64,000 nucleotides of DNA from Naegleria gruberi (lineage: Eukaryota), in NCBI GenBank assembly GCA_000004985.1, contig GG738896.1. One strand, written 5' to 3'. A program made the translations under genes and the position numbers. Under the pieces are notes generated by a model, which saw nothing but the letters and a program-made list of their open reading frames with translations, had not been told where the DNA came from and did no database searches. Positions 1 through 11,684 of this stretch are shown piece by piece. Numbering within the stretch: the stretch's first letter is position 1; the number at the start of each line of letters is the position of its first letter.

Positions 1-1
1 T

Positions 2-1177
2 TTGTACTACTTTTGACAACCAAAATTGTAAAATTAACATACAGAACCCAAGTGCAAATTGAACTAAATAACTGAAAATTCCAATGTTTGTAAAAGTGTT
101 AAAGTAAGCCATACATGTAAATAATGTAAATATAATAAAATAGTTCAATGATTGATATTCAAAAACAAAAACTCGTTGAAAGTTTTGACCTTCATTTTGA
201 TTTTCAACAACTTCACTTTCCACAACACTTTCATTCTTCTTTGTTACTTTGATATATGGAATTTGTTGAATTAGTGTAAAATAATTTTTCATTAAAATAT
301 TATATGGTATATAGAAATATTGATTAAATGTATGAAATAAAACTGTTGTAGTTTGACACATTAATGAAATCCAAAATAAAACCTTGAAATAATCTTCTCT
401 ATTTAAATCCAAGGATGTTAAAGAATGTCTAGTAGCAAATGTTAAATAAATAAATATATAGGAAAATAAATAATGTAAAATTGAAATTGTAAAATGAAAA
501 TCAGTTTCCCATTTCACAGTTTGTTTCATTTCAAAACTCATAAAACTCTTCCAAAAAATATTAGAAACTCTATCAGAAAATTGTAATAAATTAAAACAAC
601 TATAAAAGAATAAACTTTTAAAGTTTGAAAAAATTAAAGCACGTGATGAATATTTTGGATTTTCTTTAAAATGTTCTTCCATAATTGTAAGTGCCATTTT
701 CAGATCAATTACATTTGGTTTTGTAATAAAAATAGAATTTTGATCAATAAATTGATTAACTAATCCAATCATATTAAATATAAACATTGTAATTAAATAT
801 TCCATAAATATTACAAATAATATCAGTAAAATTAATGATTTGTTAAATAATAATGTTACAAAAGGAAGTAGGACAATAGATATTCCCATCATGGTTATTA
901 ATATATTGTTATTTTTCGAACAACAAGTCTTTTTTCTTTTAAAATCGTTATCCTTTCCACCCATCATTTGGTTCATATTAATTGAAACACTTCCAGAATT
1001 ATTTGTTGTTGATAGTGATGCTGTTGTTGTTGTTGTTGTATTATTGATTCCGATACTACCTAAATTATTGGGTGATTTATTATCATCATAATGATTGTAT
1101 GATGATGAATTCATCACTGATAAGTGATTCACTCTATGTTCGGGCATTGATGGAGTGAGAGATGGTGTACTACTCAT
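2..1177 (-). CDS. Partial CDS whose 3' end lies beyond the window start: polytopic membrane protein with a Ser/Thr/Asn-rich N-terminus
   Basis: Minus-strand ATG at 1177-1175. I translated the reverse strand codon by codon and found it stop-free for about 392 codons down to nt 2 (MSSTPSLTPSMPEHRVNHLSVMNSS...TTTTTTASLS...KRKKTCCSKNNNILITMMGISIVLLPF..., then at least 8 hydrophobic helices). The ORF track omits it because it has no stop inside the window. Track ORF 840..1091(+) is its antisense. Confidence 0.55.
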   Translation of the reverse strand, partial: MSSTPSLTPSMPEHRVNHLSVMNSSSYNHYDDNKSPNNLGSIGINNTTTTTTASLSTTNNSGSVSINMNQMMGGKDNDFKRKKTCCSKNNNILITMMGISIVLLPFVTLLFNKSLILLILFVIFMEYLITMFIFNMIGLVNQFIDQNSIFITKPNVIDLKMALTIMEEHFKENPKYSSRALIFSNFKSLFFYSCFNLLQFSDRVSNIFWKSFMSFEMKQTVKWETDFHFTISILHYLFSYIFIYLTFATRHSLTSLDLNREDYFKVLFWISLMCQTTTVLFHTFNQYFYIPYNILMKNYFTLIQQIPYIKVTKKNESVVESEVVENQNEGQNFQRVFVFEYQSLNYFIIFTLFTCMAYFNTFTNIGIFSYLVQFALGFCMLILQFWLSKVVQ

Positions 1178-1320
1178 TTTTTTTTAATATTAAATAAATT
1201 TATAATATTTAAATTCTTATTAAATATTATATTTATTAATAATATTGTTAAATTGGAATAATTATTGGATAAGTGATCATTGAGGTTTAAGTAAATAAAC
1301 CAATATGGATATCAAATTAC

Positions 1321-2640
1321 TCATTCAATTGATTTAATTAGAATGTCTGTATAAATTTGTCTATTGAGTGTCGAATAGAGTTTTGGAAAGGTTCTATAAA
1401 TTTTAAAATCATAAAGAGGATTCACTTGAATAACTATGTGGGTGTCTGTTCTTCTCTGTTCATCATATCCACCATAGAGATTGATGATACCTCTTTCCTC
1501 ATCAATAAATATTGAGCTACAATTGAGTGGAAGAATATTTTCAACCTCAAGTAGAGTCCATGTGTTATATTTCAAATTGTAAATATAACTGTCAGAGTAG
1601 GGAATGTAATCATCATTACATCCACCAAAAATAAACATTTCATCATTCGATATTTTACAAGTGGTTCCTGCATGTCCAAATAGAGGAGGTGTAATACTAT
1701 TGTCATAGGTTTTCCACACTAAAGTACTTAAATTCAATATACATAATTGGTTGGTAAGTGTTTGATTGTCCACACCAATATCACCTCCATAAATAACAAG
1801 CACATCAGTATTGTCTTTTTTCATGAGAATTCCACTCGAATATCCTCGTGGCACTATTTCATCTCCTGTTGTTGCTAACTTGGTCCATTTTCTGAGTGAA
1901 ATATTAAATTCCCATACATCTGAATAGGATTCATCTCCACATCCTCCAAATAAGAGTAATGAATGATTACTCTCTCTGTACAGAAATACATGACCTCTTC
2001 TTCTAGATGGCCATTCAGAATTTCCATCAGTTGGTTCTGTAAATTGCTCCCAATTCCACTGACAGGTTCTTCCATCTACACGTATTAAATCATTGTAATA
2101 TTTTGATTCTTGGTTATCGAGCCCTCCAAACATCCAAAATATTGGGTCATTCTCTTGTTTAGTAAAGCCATGATAGTATCGTGAATCTTTTTTATCCAGA
2201 TTGGAAGAAATTGGTTTCATCCATGTATATGTTCTCAAATCAAATCTATGAATCTTTCCATTTGTTTCATTTCTTCCTCCCCAAAAGTAAACAATTCCAT
2301 CATGATGAACCACACAAGTATGTGAATCTGAATCACCTATTGAAAATCGACCATCAAAATAATTGTATGCAGGCAACAATCTTCCAACTTTAATCATCAA
2401 TATTGATGGTGAAATATATATTAAAAACCTACCCTCTGATCGATCAGCCAATTCATAACCAGAAGTCTGCATCACTGGTTCCTTGTATTCATCCTCATCT
2501 TCAGTAGTTGTTGTTGTTGTTGTTGTATTCACTTCTTCTTCTTCTACTTTACGTAGACACAAACATCTCTGTCTGAACCAATTTACAGTCCCATCACGTG
2601 CAAGTAATTCCTTCTTCATTATTCTTTGTTTGGATATCAA
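1321..2640 (-). CDS. Kelch-repeat (beta-propeller) protein with a poly-Thr/acidic N-terminal region
   Basis: 439-aa ORF with repeated Kelch-blade signatures (VYFWGGRNETNGKIHRFDLRTYTWMKP; LLLFGGCGDESYSDVWEFNISLRKWTKL; VLVIYGG; MFIFGGCNDDY; LYGGYD). The track start is TTG; the true start may be the internal ATG (MKKELL...) or an upstream exon. Confidence 0.7.
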   Translation of the reverse strand: MISKQRIMKKELLARDGTVNWFRQRCLCLRKVEEEEVNTTTTTTTTEDEDEYKEPVMQTSGYELADRSEGRFLIYISPSILMIKVGRLLPAYNYFDGRFSIGDSDSHTCVVHHDGIVYFWGGRNETNGKIHRFDLRTYTWMKPISSNLDKKDSRYYHGFTKQENDPIFWMFGGLDNQESKYYNDLIRVDGRTCQWNWEQFTEPTDGNSEWPSRRRGHVFLYRESNHSLLLFGGCGDESYSDVWEFNISLRKWTKLATTGDEIVPRGYSSGILMKKDNTDVLVIYGGDIGVDNQTLTNQLCILNLSTLVWKTYDNSITPPLFGHAGTTCKISNDEMFIFGGCNDDYIPYSDSYIYNLKYNTWTLLEVENILPLNCSSIFIDEERGIINLYGGYDEQRRTDTHIVIQVNPLYDFKIYRTFPKLYSTLNRQIYTDILIKSIE

Positions 2641-3605
2641 ATGGTATTGATAATAGAATATATATTATAATTCCGTATTGGCAAGTTGATCAGTAAATTA
2701 TTGGCACCAAAATAATAATAGGCTTTGATTTGGTTCAATTTTTTCTTTTATTGTTTGCCTTGTTGTTATCCATCATATCGGATGAGAAAGGATGATGAAA
2801 ATTCCGAAGAGATGATGGTGATGGTGAATTTGTGATCAATAATCACAATACTCTCATGGTGTGGATGATGAAATTGCTCTTGCACAATTATCTAACTACT
2901 AAAATTGTTTTGCTTTTTATTAATAGAAGAATTTAAGAATACTACTTGAAAAGATGTGAGCAGAAAAAGCTTAATACCTTTAATGCAATAACACAAGAGT
3001 ATTGAATGGAATTAGGTTAATTGATTTCAATACCAGAAAAATATTGTAATGTTTCGGCAGCTTTCCAACGAAATAATTGAGATATTCAGTTTGCCTAGTT
3101 AAATCTTCAACATCCTTACCAAATGAAAAGATTCACCAAACAAGGTTAAACATGATTTCCTTCATGTTGTAGTGTTCAATTTTCTAAATGGAATAAGGTG
3201 ATGAATAAACTTTTTAATAAAGTGAATTTATTTCAAATTAACACAATATCCAACAAAATAAAGGATGGAAAATTACTGGTAATTCTCAACAAACAATCTA
3301 ATTAGAATTTATTATTAGAATTGATGATGGAAGCTTCTAGTTTTTTAATTTAATAAAAAAAATGTTTGCAAATGCTTTTGCCAACTTTGTAAATTATAGA
3401 TTCTATGTTGGATTTTTGTTTTCTCTAGTGTATGTACATACAATGATCATCACTAAATTATTGTGGACAAATGATCCTATCCGATAATATTTAAATATAG
3501 TGGAAGTATATTTTACTTTTTAGGCTTGGCAATATTAAAGTATGCCCATTTAAAAAACAGTGAACAAGTGATTGAATATAGGACTCATTATTTGAAGGAT
3601 AAAAG

Positions 3606-4732
3606 ATGGTGGACATTATTTTCAATGTTTGTATTCGGGTAGGTTTAATTTATTTGATTGGATACAAATTATTTAGTTGGATTTGCGAGATGGTTTCATT
3701 TGCATTTGTTGAATTGACACTTGTTGTTTCTGTTTTGAGTTTTGGTGTTTTTGTTGGAGTGTTTTATACTGCTTGGTATAATGCTGAGAAAATTACAATG
3801 AGAGATTATATTGGAGTATTTATTACAGTGATCGGAATTTTAATATCTGTCATATTTTCAGACAAAATAGTATGTATTTTGTGAATGGAATTGATTATTA
3901 GAAATAATAATAGTATCAACCATTACATCCAATTACAATCTCCTTCATTTCAGGTCAAATTCTCGACTTTAACATTCCAATTTTATTTGTAATTTTAATT
4001 GTGATTTTACCATTCATTTTGATTGTTTTGGGAATTTTCAGAGTTTTCAAAAATGTCTTTTTCAATTCATCCATTTCTGCAACGTAGGTTGACTTTATAA
4101 TTTTGAAATTTATTATTTTAGATTTGCTGCATCTAATTTTATTATATTTAAATTATTTATTGAACTTGTAAAGACATCTGTTGAAACTGATGATAATCAA
4201 TTCAAACATTGGGCCACTTATTTAATTTTGATATTATCCGTTGTATATACAATTTTACACACTCACTTTACTCAAGTAACTCTTGTCCAATATGAATTTA
4301 GTATGTTTTTAAACATAATTTATTGAAGAATATTCATAATAACTTTTATTAGCCATTTCAAATGTTCTCTATTATACCATCATGTCATTTATTACTGTTT
4401 GTGGAGGTGAATTAATTTTCCGTGAATGGTCAGATACTGAAATATTCCAATTAGTTTTATTATTTATTGGATGGTTTATTCAATTTATTGGAATTTTACT
4501 TTTATTGGGATCTCACACAAATACCAATTCGATTTATCCACTCACTCAACTTAATGATTCACACAATGGTCAACTAGTTAGAGTTTCCAATGTTGATTTG
4601 GACTTTGATTCTGATTCCGATAATGAAAACAGTAAATCTGAAAAACAACAATCTGCCCTTCTCCAAGATGAAGAAGACGAAACCATGTTGGAAGAAACAG
4701 AAGACTTGGAACAACCAAAAACCAATCACTAA
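3606..4732 (+). CDS. Four-exon gene for a ~330-aa polytopic membrane protein of unknown function (weak NIPA/DMT-like flavour)
   Basis: Exons 3606-3869, 3914-4083, 4122-4300, 4353-4732. Donors GTATGT, GTAGGT, GTATGT; acceptors ..aatag, ..ttttag, ..tattag; introns of 44, 38 and 52 nt. The summed CDS is 993 nt, divisible by 3 with consistent phases. The protein is hydrophobic and multi-helical (..GGELIFREWSDTEIFQLVLLFIGWFIQFIGILLLLG..) with an acidic C-terminal tail. Confidence 0.5.
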
Positions 4733-4875
4733 ATTTAATATAAAAAATATCTATTAACTTTTACAATATGAAAAATCTCACATGATAACTTCCATTAAGA
4801 AGTTCCAACAATTGATTCTCATAAACTTGAACAGACAATAGAAAAAATTGGAGTAACACAAACACACATGAAAAC

Positions 4876-6476
4876 ATGAACATACAGGAAGAAGTAAATC
4901 ATCAACAGCAACAGGAAACTTCTCCTAGAACACCACTCAGTGAATCTCCTCCTCTTCCTTCAACAACATCTCTTTTATCTGATAATCATCATGATGATAC
5001 TAACCCAATGAATAATAACAATAACAATAATAATACTAGTAGTGATGATAATAATAAGAATAATAATATAACAATTGATGATCCTATGGAAGAAAAGGAT
5101 GAAGAAGAAGAAGAAGAACATTTTGAAAGACCAAAAAACCTCTCCTCCTTTCTTTTATTATTAAAACAATCTAAAACATATAGGAATTTATTTAAGAAGT
5201 TTTTGGGATTATTATGTATATTGGTAGTGGTGATTTTGTGGACATTGGGAGGTGAAGCAATTCAATTAATTTATTCAGATATGGACTATGAGAAACCTTT
5301 TCTGGTCACCTATATTAGTACTAGTTTATTTTCAATTTACTTGTTGGGATTTATATTTGTTGGAACGTGGAGAAGACCATTGTTAAAAAGTGTATCTTGG
5401 TTGATTAGAGCTAGTTTAAATTGTTGTTTACCAAAACAGGTGTGTGAAAGAATGGGAATTTCACAAATTGATAGAAGAGAATATTCTAGAGTTGGGTCAG
5501 CAAGTCAAGATTTAAGTCAAACACAAGTTGAAAATCAATCAAATGATGTGGATGTTGGAAAAACATTTAGATTGGCTGTGATTGTGACATTCTTTTGGTT
5601 CTTTTCAAATACTGCTTATAATTATGCATTACTTTATACCAGTGTGGCCAGGTAAGTGTTCTTCCTGATCATTGATTCGACAATTTTACAATATTTAGTG
5701 ATACAATCATTTCTAATACTTCATGTTTATTTACATTTCTAGTTGGTTTATTAATTGGTGTGGAAACTCATTTCAGTGTTTTACGATTTATTGCAATTCT
5801 TGTGACCTTATCAGGTGTTGCACTTGTAACTTTATCAGATAGTCATCACAATGGAACAGGAATGAAAACAGATACTGTTTTGGGTAATATGCTTAGTTTA
5901 TTAGCAGCTATGGGATATGGTATCTATAGTTCAATATTGAAAAAGTATGAGGAAAATGTTTCAATGGCCATGATGTTTGGATTTGTTGGAATTTTGAATT
6001 TATTCTTCAATTGGCCAATTTTATTCATTCTTTGGGGATTGGATGTAGAAACATTTGAATTACCTTCTTGGAAAATATTCTTTGCAACAGTTGTTAATAG
6101 TTTAATTTCTGCTGTTTTGAGTGATTTATTATGGGCATTGGCAGTTGTCTTGACATCTCCAGTAATTGCCACAGTTGGTTTAACTCTAACAATTCCATTT
6201 GCCATCGTTTGTGACATGTTAATTCGTTCAGATTTTTCAGCGTTCAATGTAATGTATGCATTTGGTACTCTATTTGTCTTGTTTGGATTCATTGCTGTTA
6301 ACACATCATATTATCTTCCAAAGAAAGCTAGAAAATATGATCAACCATACTTTTGCAGTGTTGCCTATCTTGTTACAAAGGTAAAACCACTCATGCTTTC
6401 TTCCACCCCTGTTGGAGATATTGAGTCAAACAAAACTATTCGAAATTCCAATAACCAATCACCAAATTCTCATTAA
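4876..6476 (+). CDS. SLC35F-like (drug/metabolite transporter superfamily) membrane transporter, 2 exons
   Basis: Exon 1 is 4876-5651 and ends ..YTSVA+ag at a GTAAGT donor. The intron is ~126 nt with acceptor ..catttcag. Exon 2 runs to the stop at ~6476. It has an N-terminal poly-N/acidic region and then ~10 TM helices typical of SLC35F/EamA transporters. The track lists the exons as two separate ORFs (4876..5655, 5760..6476). Confidence 0.7.
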
Positions 6477-6702
6477 CATGATGATATTAAATTTGATAAT
6501 GGATTACAATAAAACCATTACCAATTTTCTTGAAATATTAGGTACCTACTTTGGTATTTTGACAAACTAGTTCATCATATCATCTGTTTGACAAGTCATT
6601 CGAAAGAATTGATTAAAAACATCCAAATGGGTTGTTTCTTAGGACACAAAAAAAACTTCATCACAACCTCTTTATTCAAACAACCCATATATTTCTTCTA
6701 CA

Positions 6703-9055
6703 ATGTTATTCAGAATTACAGTTGTTAAATGTACTGATCTTCCACCCATGGATGCCAATGGACTATCCGATGGTTTTTGTGAATTGTGGGTTGTCAATTC
6801 GAAAACCAACAAATACCTCGAACCACCAAAGAATCAAAATGAAATTAAACGTACACAAATTGTCATGAAGAATTTAAATCCAGTCTTTAATGAAACTTTT
6901 GAATTTGATTTTAGTGAAAAGTTGAAGAGACGTGAAATTGATTTTGCAACAAGAGTATCAGAGGAAGATGATATTGATGATGATTATATTCTTGATGATC
7001 CGATGGATAATTTATTAATGATTAGAATTGTTGATTATGACAAATTCACAAAGAATGATGGTATGTATTGAATGATGGTTGTTATATAGTAGCTATATTG
7101 TTCATGATGTTACTACTGATGATGTTATTGATGATGACGATCAAAACTTGTGGATTGTTGTGAAATTGTTGAATATTATGATTTTATATAATTGATTGAA
7201 TAATATAATTAATTGAATATGATGATATTGAATAGTAATTGGATTTGTTCTACTTCAAGTATTCGGATTGAATTTAAAACCAAATGAAAAGCAACGTAGA
7301 ACTTTTCCAATTGTTGGTTCTGATCAGGGTTCTATTGAATTGATTATTGAATCTGTTTATGATCCAAAATCAATGCAAGGTTCTAGTTTTGCTAATTTAC
7401 CAGCTGTTTCCTCACTTTCATATGAAGCTGATGCTCCTTCAAATGTTATCATGACAGTTGGTCCAGTGATTGGTTTAGTAAAGAGTACTAGTGCTAGAAT
7501 TCTTGTGGAATGTTCGAAAGATTTGATTAATAATAATGATTCCGAGTTGGTATTGGATGTGGTTTGTTATCCAATTTGTGAAAGATCTCATTTAGAGAAG
7601 AGAGATGATTATCTCAATAAGCGTTTATTGCATCTACATATGCATGATACTCATGGTTCTTATCATGAAGCTATTCTTAAACGTTCACTTTTAACAAAAT
7701 CAAAGAGGGAAACTCTTAAAGCAACTAATATAATCAAAAAGAAGGTCATTATTCCAAATGCCAACATTCCACACACCTTTACAATTGAAGGTTTATCTCC
7801 AGATTATGTTTATAGAGTTGAATTCCCTAATGTTGTTAATACCAAGACAAGAGTTGGTATTATCAAGACAATGGTTAGTGATAATTTGGGAAATCTCAAT
7901 ACTAGATCACACCATTTGAACACGGCAGCTGTTAGTTGCAATTTAATTGAAAGACGTATTCCTGATAAGGATGTTTGGGAAAGAATGTTAGAAAAAGTTG
8001 ATGAACTTGACATTTTAATGCATTGTGGTGATCAAATTTATAGTGATTGTGGTCACAATGCATTCGATGAAGCAAAAAGAATTTGTGATGGTAGAATTAA
8101 ACTTGAAAAGGATGAGGAAAATGAAATTAAGGAACTTTTTAGAAAGTATTACAGATTAAATTGGAATCACCCTCCAACTAGAAGAATCATGTCTCAAGTT
8201 TCAAATTTAATGATCTTGGATGATCATGAAATTAGAGATGATTGGGGATCTGATGAATGTGATAAGGATAAGGGATCTGTTGAATATTATATTGGTAGAT
8301 TGGCACGTGAAGTTTATTGGGAATATCAAAGAAGTCTCAGAGAAGATGTCCTCTCAATGAATTATGAGGAAACTTTCAAGAAACATGAAGGATATTATCA
8401 TGTGTTTGGTGATTATGCAATCTTATTCTTAGATTTGAGAGCTGCTCGTTCATTCAATTCAGAATTGTCAGGAGATAAACCATTCCTAACACAACCTCAA
8501 TGGGATGATTTAAATAATTGGCTTTTCAAGGATAATAATGCCCTTGCTTCTGAGAATATAAAGGCATTGATTTGTGTCTGTTCCGTTCCATTAGTTTTCC
8601 TTAATAAGAAGATGACTGATAGTTTACCAAAGATTACTTCTAAACTTTCAGATATGAGAGACCACTGGAATTATGGACATCAATTTAATGAACAAATTGG
8701 TATTCTCAACTCAATTAATAGATGGAAGAAAGAACAGCCAAATAGAGAAGCAGTATTTGTTGCTGGTGATGTACATATTGGAGGTGTTACTGAAATTATG
8801 TATAATAATGAAATGGTATTGAAACAATTAACCACTAGTTCTGTTTCTAACAATGAATTTTCATGGTGTTTAGGATTATCAATGAGATTTATGCTCACTA
8901 AGAGTTCAGAACTCAAAGAAGGTTGGACATTTAAACATCAAAAGTGGACAAGAAAACGTAATTATGGAATTCTTAATATTGCAACAGACGGTGAAAAAGT
9001 TACACCAGTGATGAATCCTTACTTGAATACTTACATTAAATCATATAGATATTAA
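6703..9055 (+). CDS. C2-domain protein fused to a PhoD-like metallophosphatase domain, 2 exons, ~717 aa
   Basis: Exon 1 (6703-7060) encodes a C2 domain (LPPMDANGLSDGFCELWV...NLNPVFNETFEFDF...IVDYDKFTKND). The donor is GTATGT at 7061 and the 199-nt intron ends at ..cttcaag. Exon 2 (7260-9055) continues in frame (VFGLNLKP..GSIELIIE) and carries metallophosphoesterase/PhoD-like motifs (GDQIYSD; DDHEIRDDWG; GDVHIGG). The total CDS is 2154 nt, divisible by 3. Confidence 0.7.
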
Positions 9056-9117
9056 ACAATTTCAATCTTCTTCACAACAATAAAATTGTAAATATTTCAA
9101 AGTTCATCTTGTAAAAA

Positions 9118-11587
9118 ATGGGCAACAAGGCATCAACACAGGGCAGAATTGGAAGATCTAGATTGGAAATAATTGATTGGAATGATGAGGAGGGAATCAT
9201 ACCACCACCATCATCGGTTATTAAAATATGGAATAGACACGATTTATTGGAGCAAACTTTGACCGATCGAGTAGATATTGACTATTACTATAGAAAATCG
9301 TTGGATAGCAAACCTTTCAAGGTAATTATTAAATATTATTATAATTATTTAATAATAATTAAAAGGTGAATTTATTGTCTGAAGGCTACACTAAGGATCA
9401 AGTTGCCGATTTTGAAACTCATCCCCATCCATCCTATAGATCTAATAATAGGAAAATTTGTTTAAGACTTAAAGAATTGTTTAACAGGATTGAATTGGAA
9501 AATCTGATGGAACATTTGGAAAAACTCCAGTTTCATTCTTTGGAAAAGGAATATCCAAAAGAATATAGAAATTGTAAGAGAGTTTTAATTAAGAGCAAAC
9601 CAATGGCAGATGCTATTTGGAATAGAATTAAACCAATGTTGAAGGTTTCAGATTTTAAAGATTTGAGACCTTATGGATTTGACAATGAAGGATTGTGGAA
9701 ACCTATTGGAATTAATGAAGTATTAAGAATTTCAAAATATGAGGAGGGTGGATATTTCAAACCTCATATGGATGGTCAATTTGTTATCGATGATAATCGA
9801 AAGAGTATTTTAACTGTATTAATTTATTTGAGCCAAAGTTTTAGTGCAGGAACAAATTATTATCATTGTATTGAAAAGAAAGATAATTCTCTATTATTGC
9901 AACACGTACTCTCTACTAATTGCAATATTGGTGATTGTATTCTTTTTAATCATGAAATTTTTCATAGCGGAGAGCCAGTAGATTATGGTACCAAGTATGT
10001 ACTCAGAACTGAAATTATCTTCCAACGTGTAGATGAGGATAATGTTTCTCGTACTGATTATAAACTCAGTCAAGAATATCAGAATATTAAGAACCTTGTT
10101 GAGGAAAGTGATAGATTGGAAAAAGAAGGGGATATTGAAAAATCTACCAAAGTTTACCTTGAAGCTCAATATTTACAAATGAACATTTCATCAAATCTTC
10201 AATGTAGTAAGCCAAGCTTTTTGGAAAGCACACTTCCATCAGAGGTCTTATCACTAATTTTCAGCTATCTTACTCCTACAGAGGTCTGTACGAGTATTGT
10301 CTATCTGAACAGGAATTTGAATGCGAGTGCAAGAGACCAATACACTTGGAAACAAAGATACAAAGACGAATGGTGCGACATCTCAAAAAATGGGTTTGAC
10401 TATAACTCTACCATTATGAAAATGGAAGAGGATATATTTCATGACCTCACAGATTGGTTTCATTTATTTGTTTCCAGGAAAAATCTTGATAAGGAATTTT
10501 GTGCATTTATTGTTAATCCAGGTCCAAATTATTTCAGGTATGCCCTCAAGAGTGATTCAAATATGAGATTTGAGATTTCATATAGTGGAATTGGAATACA
10601 TAGCCAGTAAGTTTAAATTCAAAGATCATGACCTAACATCACATCTTTGTAAATAGTTTTTTCTTTCCTGGAAAAGGGCTTAACGATCTATTTCTTGGTG
10701 ATGCAGGAAAGCAATACCAAAGACTTTATGATCCTATTGATTTATTCATAGATCAAGAAGCAGTTGATCCTATGATTTTAGCTTGTTTTATTGAGTACAT
10801 ATTGAGAGATTCTTTGGACTTGAGTTTGAAACAATATCCAGTACTCCTAGCCAAACCATTCATGTTTTCAAGTGAGGACGAGGAGATTTTGAAAGATATT
10901 CTTGTAAGTTATTAAGTTTATATAATGAAATCTAGAATTGGATAGTTTGGAGCTGGAATACCTGCACTTCATATCGAACACTCTTACACATTGATTTCCT
11001 TATATTATGGAATGCCTAATTGTACAATAATAGATATACGCCCAGATTATGTAGGTGTTGCAGTTGTAGAAAATGGAAAACCATTACCAACATCAACATT
11101 CTTCTCACCAGACTTGACTAATTTTAAACATCATATTAAAGCTCACTATGATATGGACTGGCCAAACAAGTTCGTCCAACAAAATGCAATAGTAAGAATT
11201 GATGAAGATGATAGTTCATCAGTTCAGTATGGATTTGGAGAGTTATTTTACACAACAATTTTACCATACATTGAGGAATTTTTACAAAAATTAGAGAATG
11301 CTCCTCCAAGTACAATTATTAGAGGTGAATTATCACTTGTTCCGGGGCTTGTAACAAGATTAATTAAGGATCTTTCTGGAAAATTTGTGGAGAAAAACTT
11401 TACATTCACTCACGACCCTGAAAATTGTGTTTGGGATATTTTGAAGGGAGGTAAAATAATGTCAAATCTAAGTGATTTCAAAGAAAAATGTCAAAAGAGT
11501 GGAAACTATGAACAAGTTTGCCATCCTTCGCAATATGCTACTTTTGATCAACTTTCTCAAAAAATCAAACAATCAAATAACAAGTAA
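9118..11587 (+). CDS. Single 4-exon reading frame: N-myristoylation-type start, a P4H-like 2OG-Fe(II) oxygenase domain, an F-box, and a divergent actin-related protein (Arp) domain; ~777 aa
   Basis: Exons 9118-9321, 9366-10606, 10657-10903, 10946-11587; introns of 44, 50 and 42 nt with donors GTAATT, GTAAGT, GTAAGT. The total is 2334 nt, divisible by 3. It starts MGNKAS. The P4Hc-type motifs are HMDGQ (HxD), ..NHEIFHSGEPVDYGTKYVLRTEIIF. The F-box is LPSEVLSLIFSYLTPTEV..W. The actin-fold alignment to actin is CAFIVNPGPNYFRYALKSDSNMRFEISYSGIG ~ [43 protein letters not shown] ~ SYVGDEAQSKRGIL; PVLLAKP ~ PVLLTEAP; LVPGLVTRLIKDL ~ MYPGIADRMQKEI; ENCVWDILKGGKIMSNLSDF ~ ERKYSVWIGGSILASLSTF. There is no stop codon between the F-box and the Arp N-terminus. 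Confidence 0.55.
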
Positions 11588-11684
11588 TCCTAAGTTCAGG
11601 AAGGCTGTTGCTGGTATGGGTAAATTGATTATTTCTGAAATTTACATCAATATGGTTGTTACAAAGAAGTTCATATCATAAAAA

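Noticed and set aside
840-1091. Track ORF (+, 83 aa, low complexity)
   Set aside because: It is antisense to a long, stop-free minus-strand coding frame (2..1177) and its composition is typical of translated AT-rich antisense.
5924-6304. Track ORF (-, 126 aa) inside the SLC35F-like gene
   Set aside because: It is antisense to a well-supported transporter exon.
11472-11681. Track ORF (+, 69 aa) overlapping the end of the Arp exon
   Set aside because: It is an alternative frame of the actin-related protein CDS.
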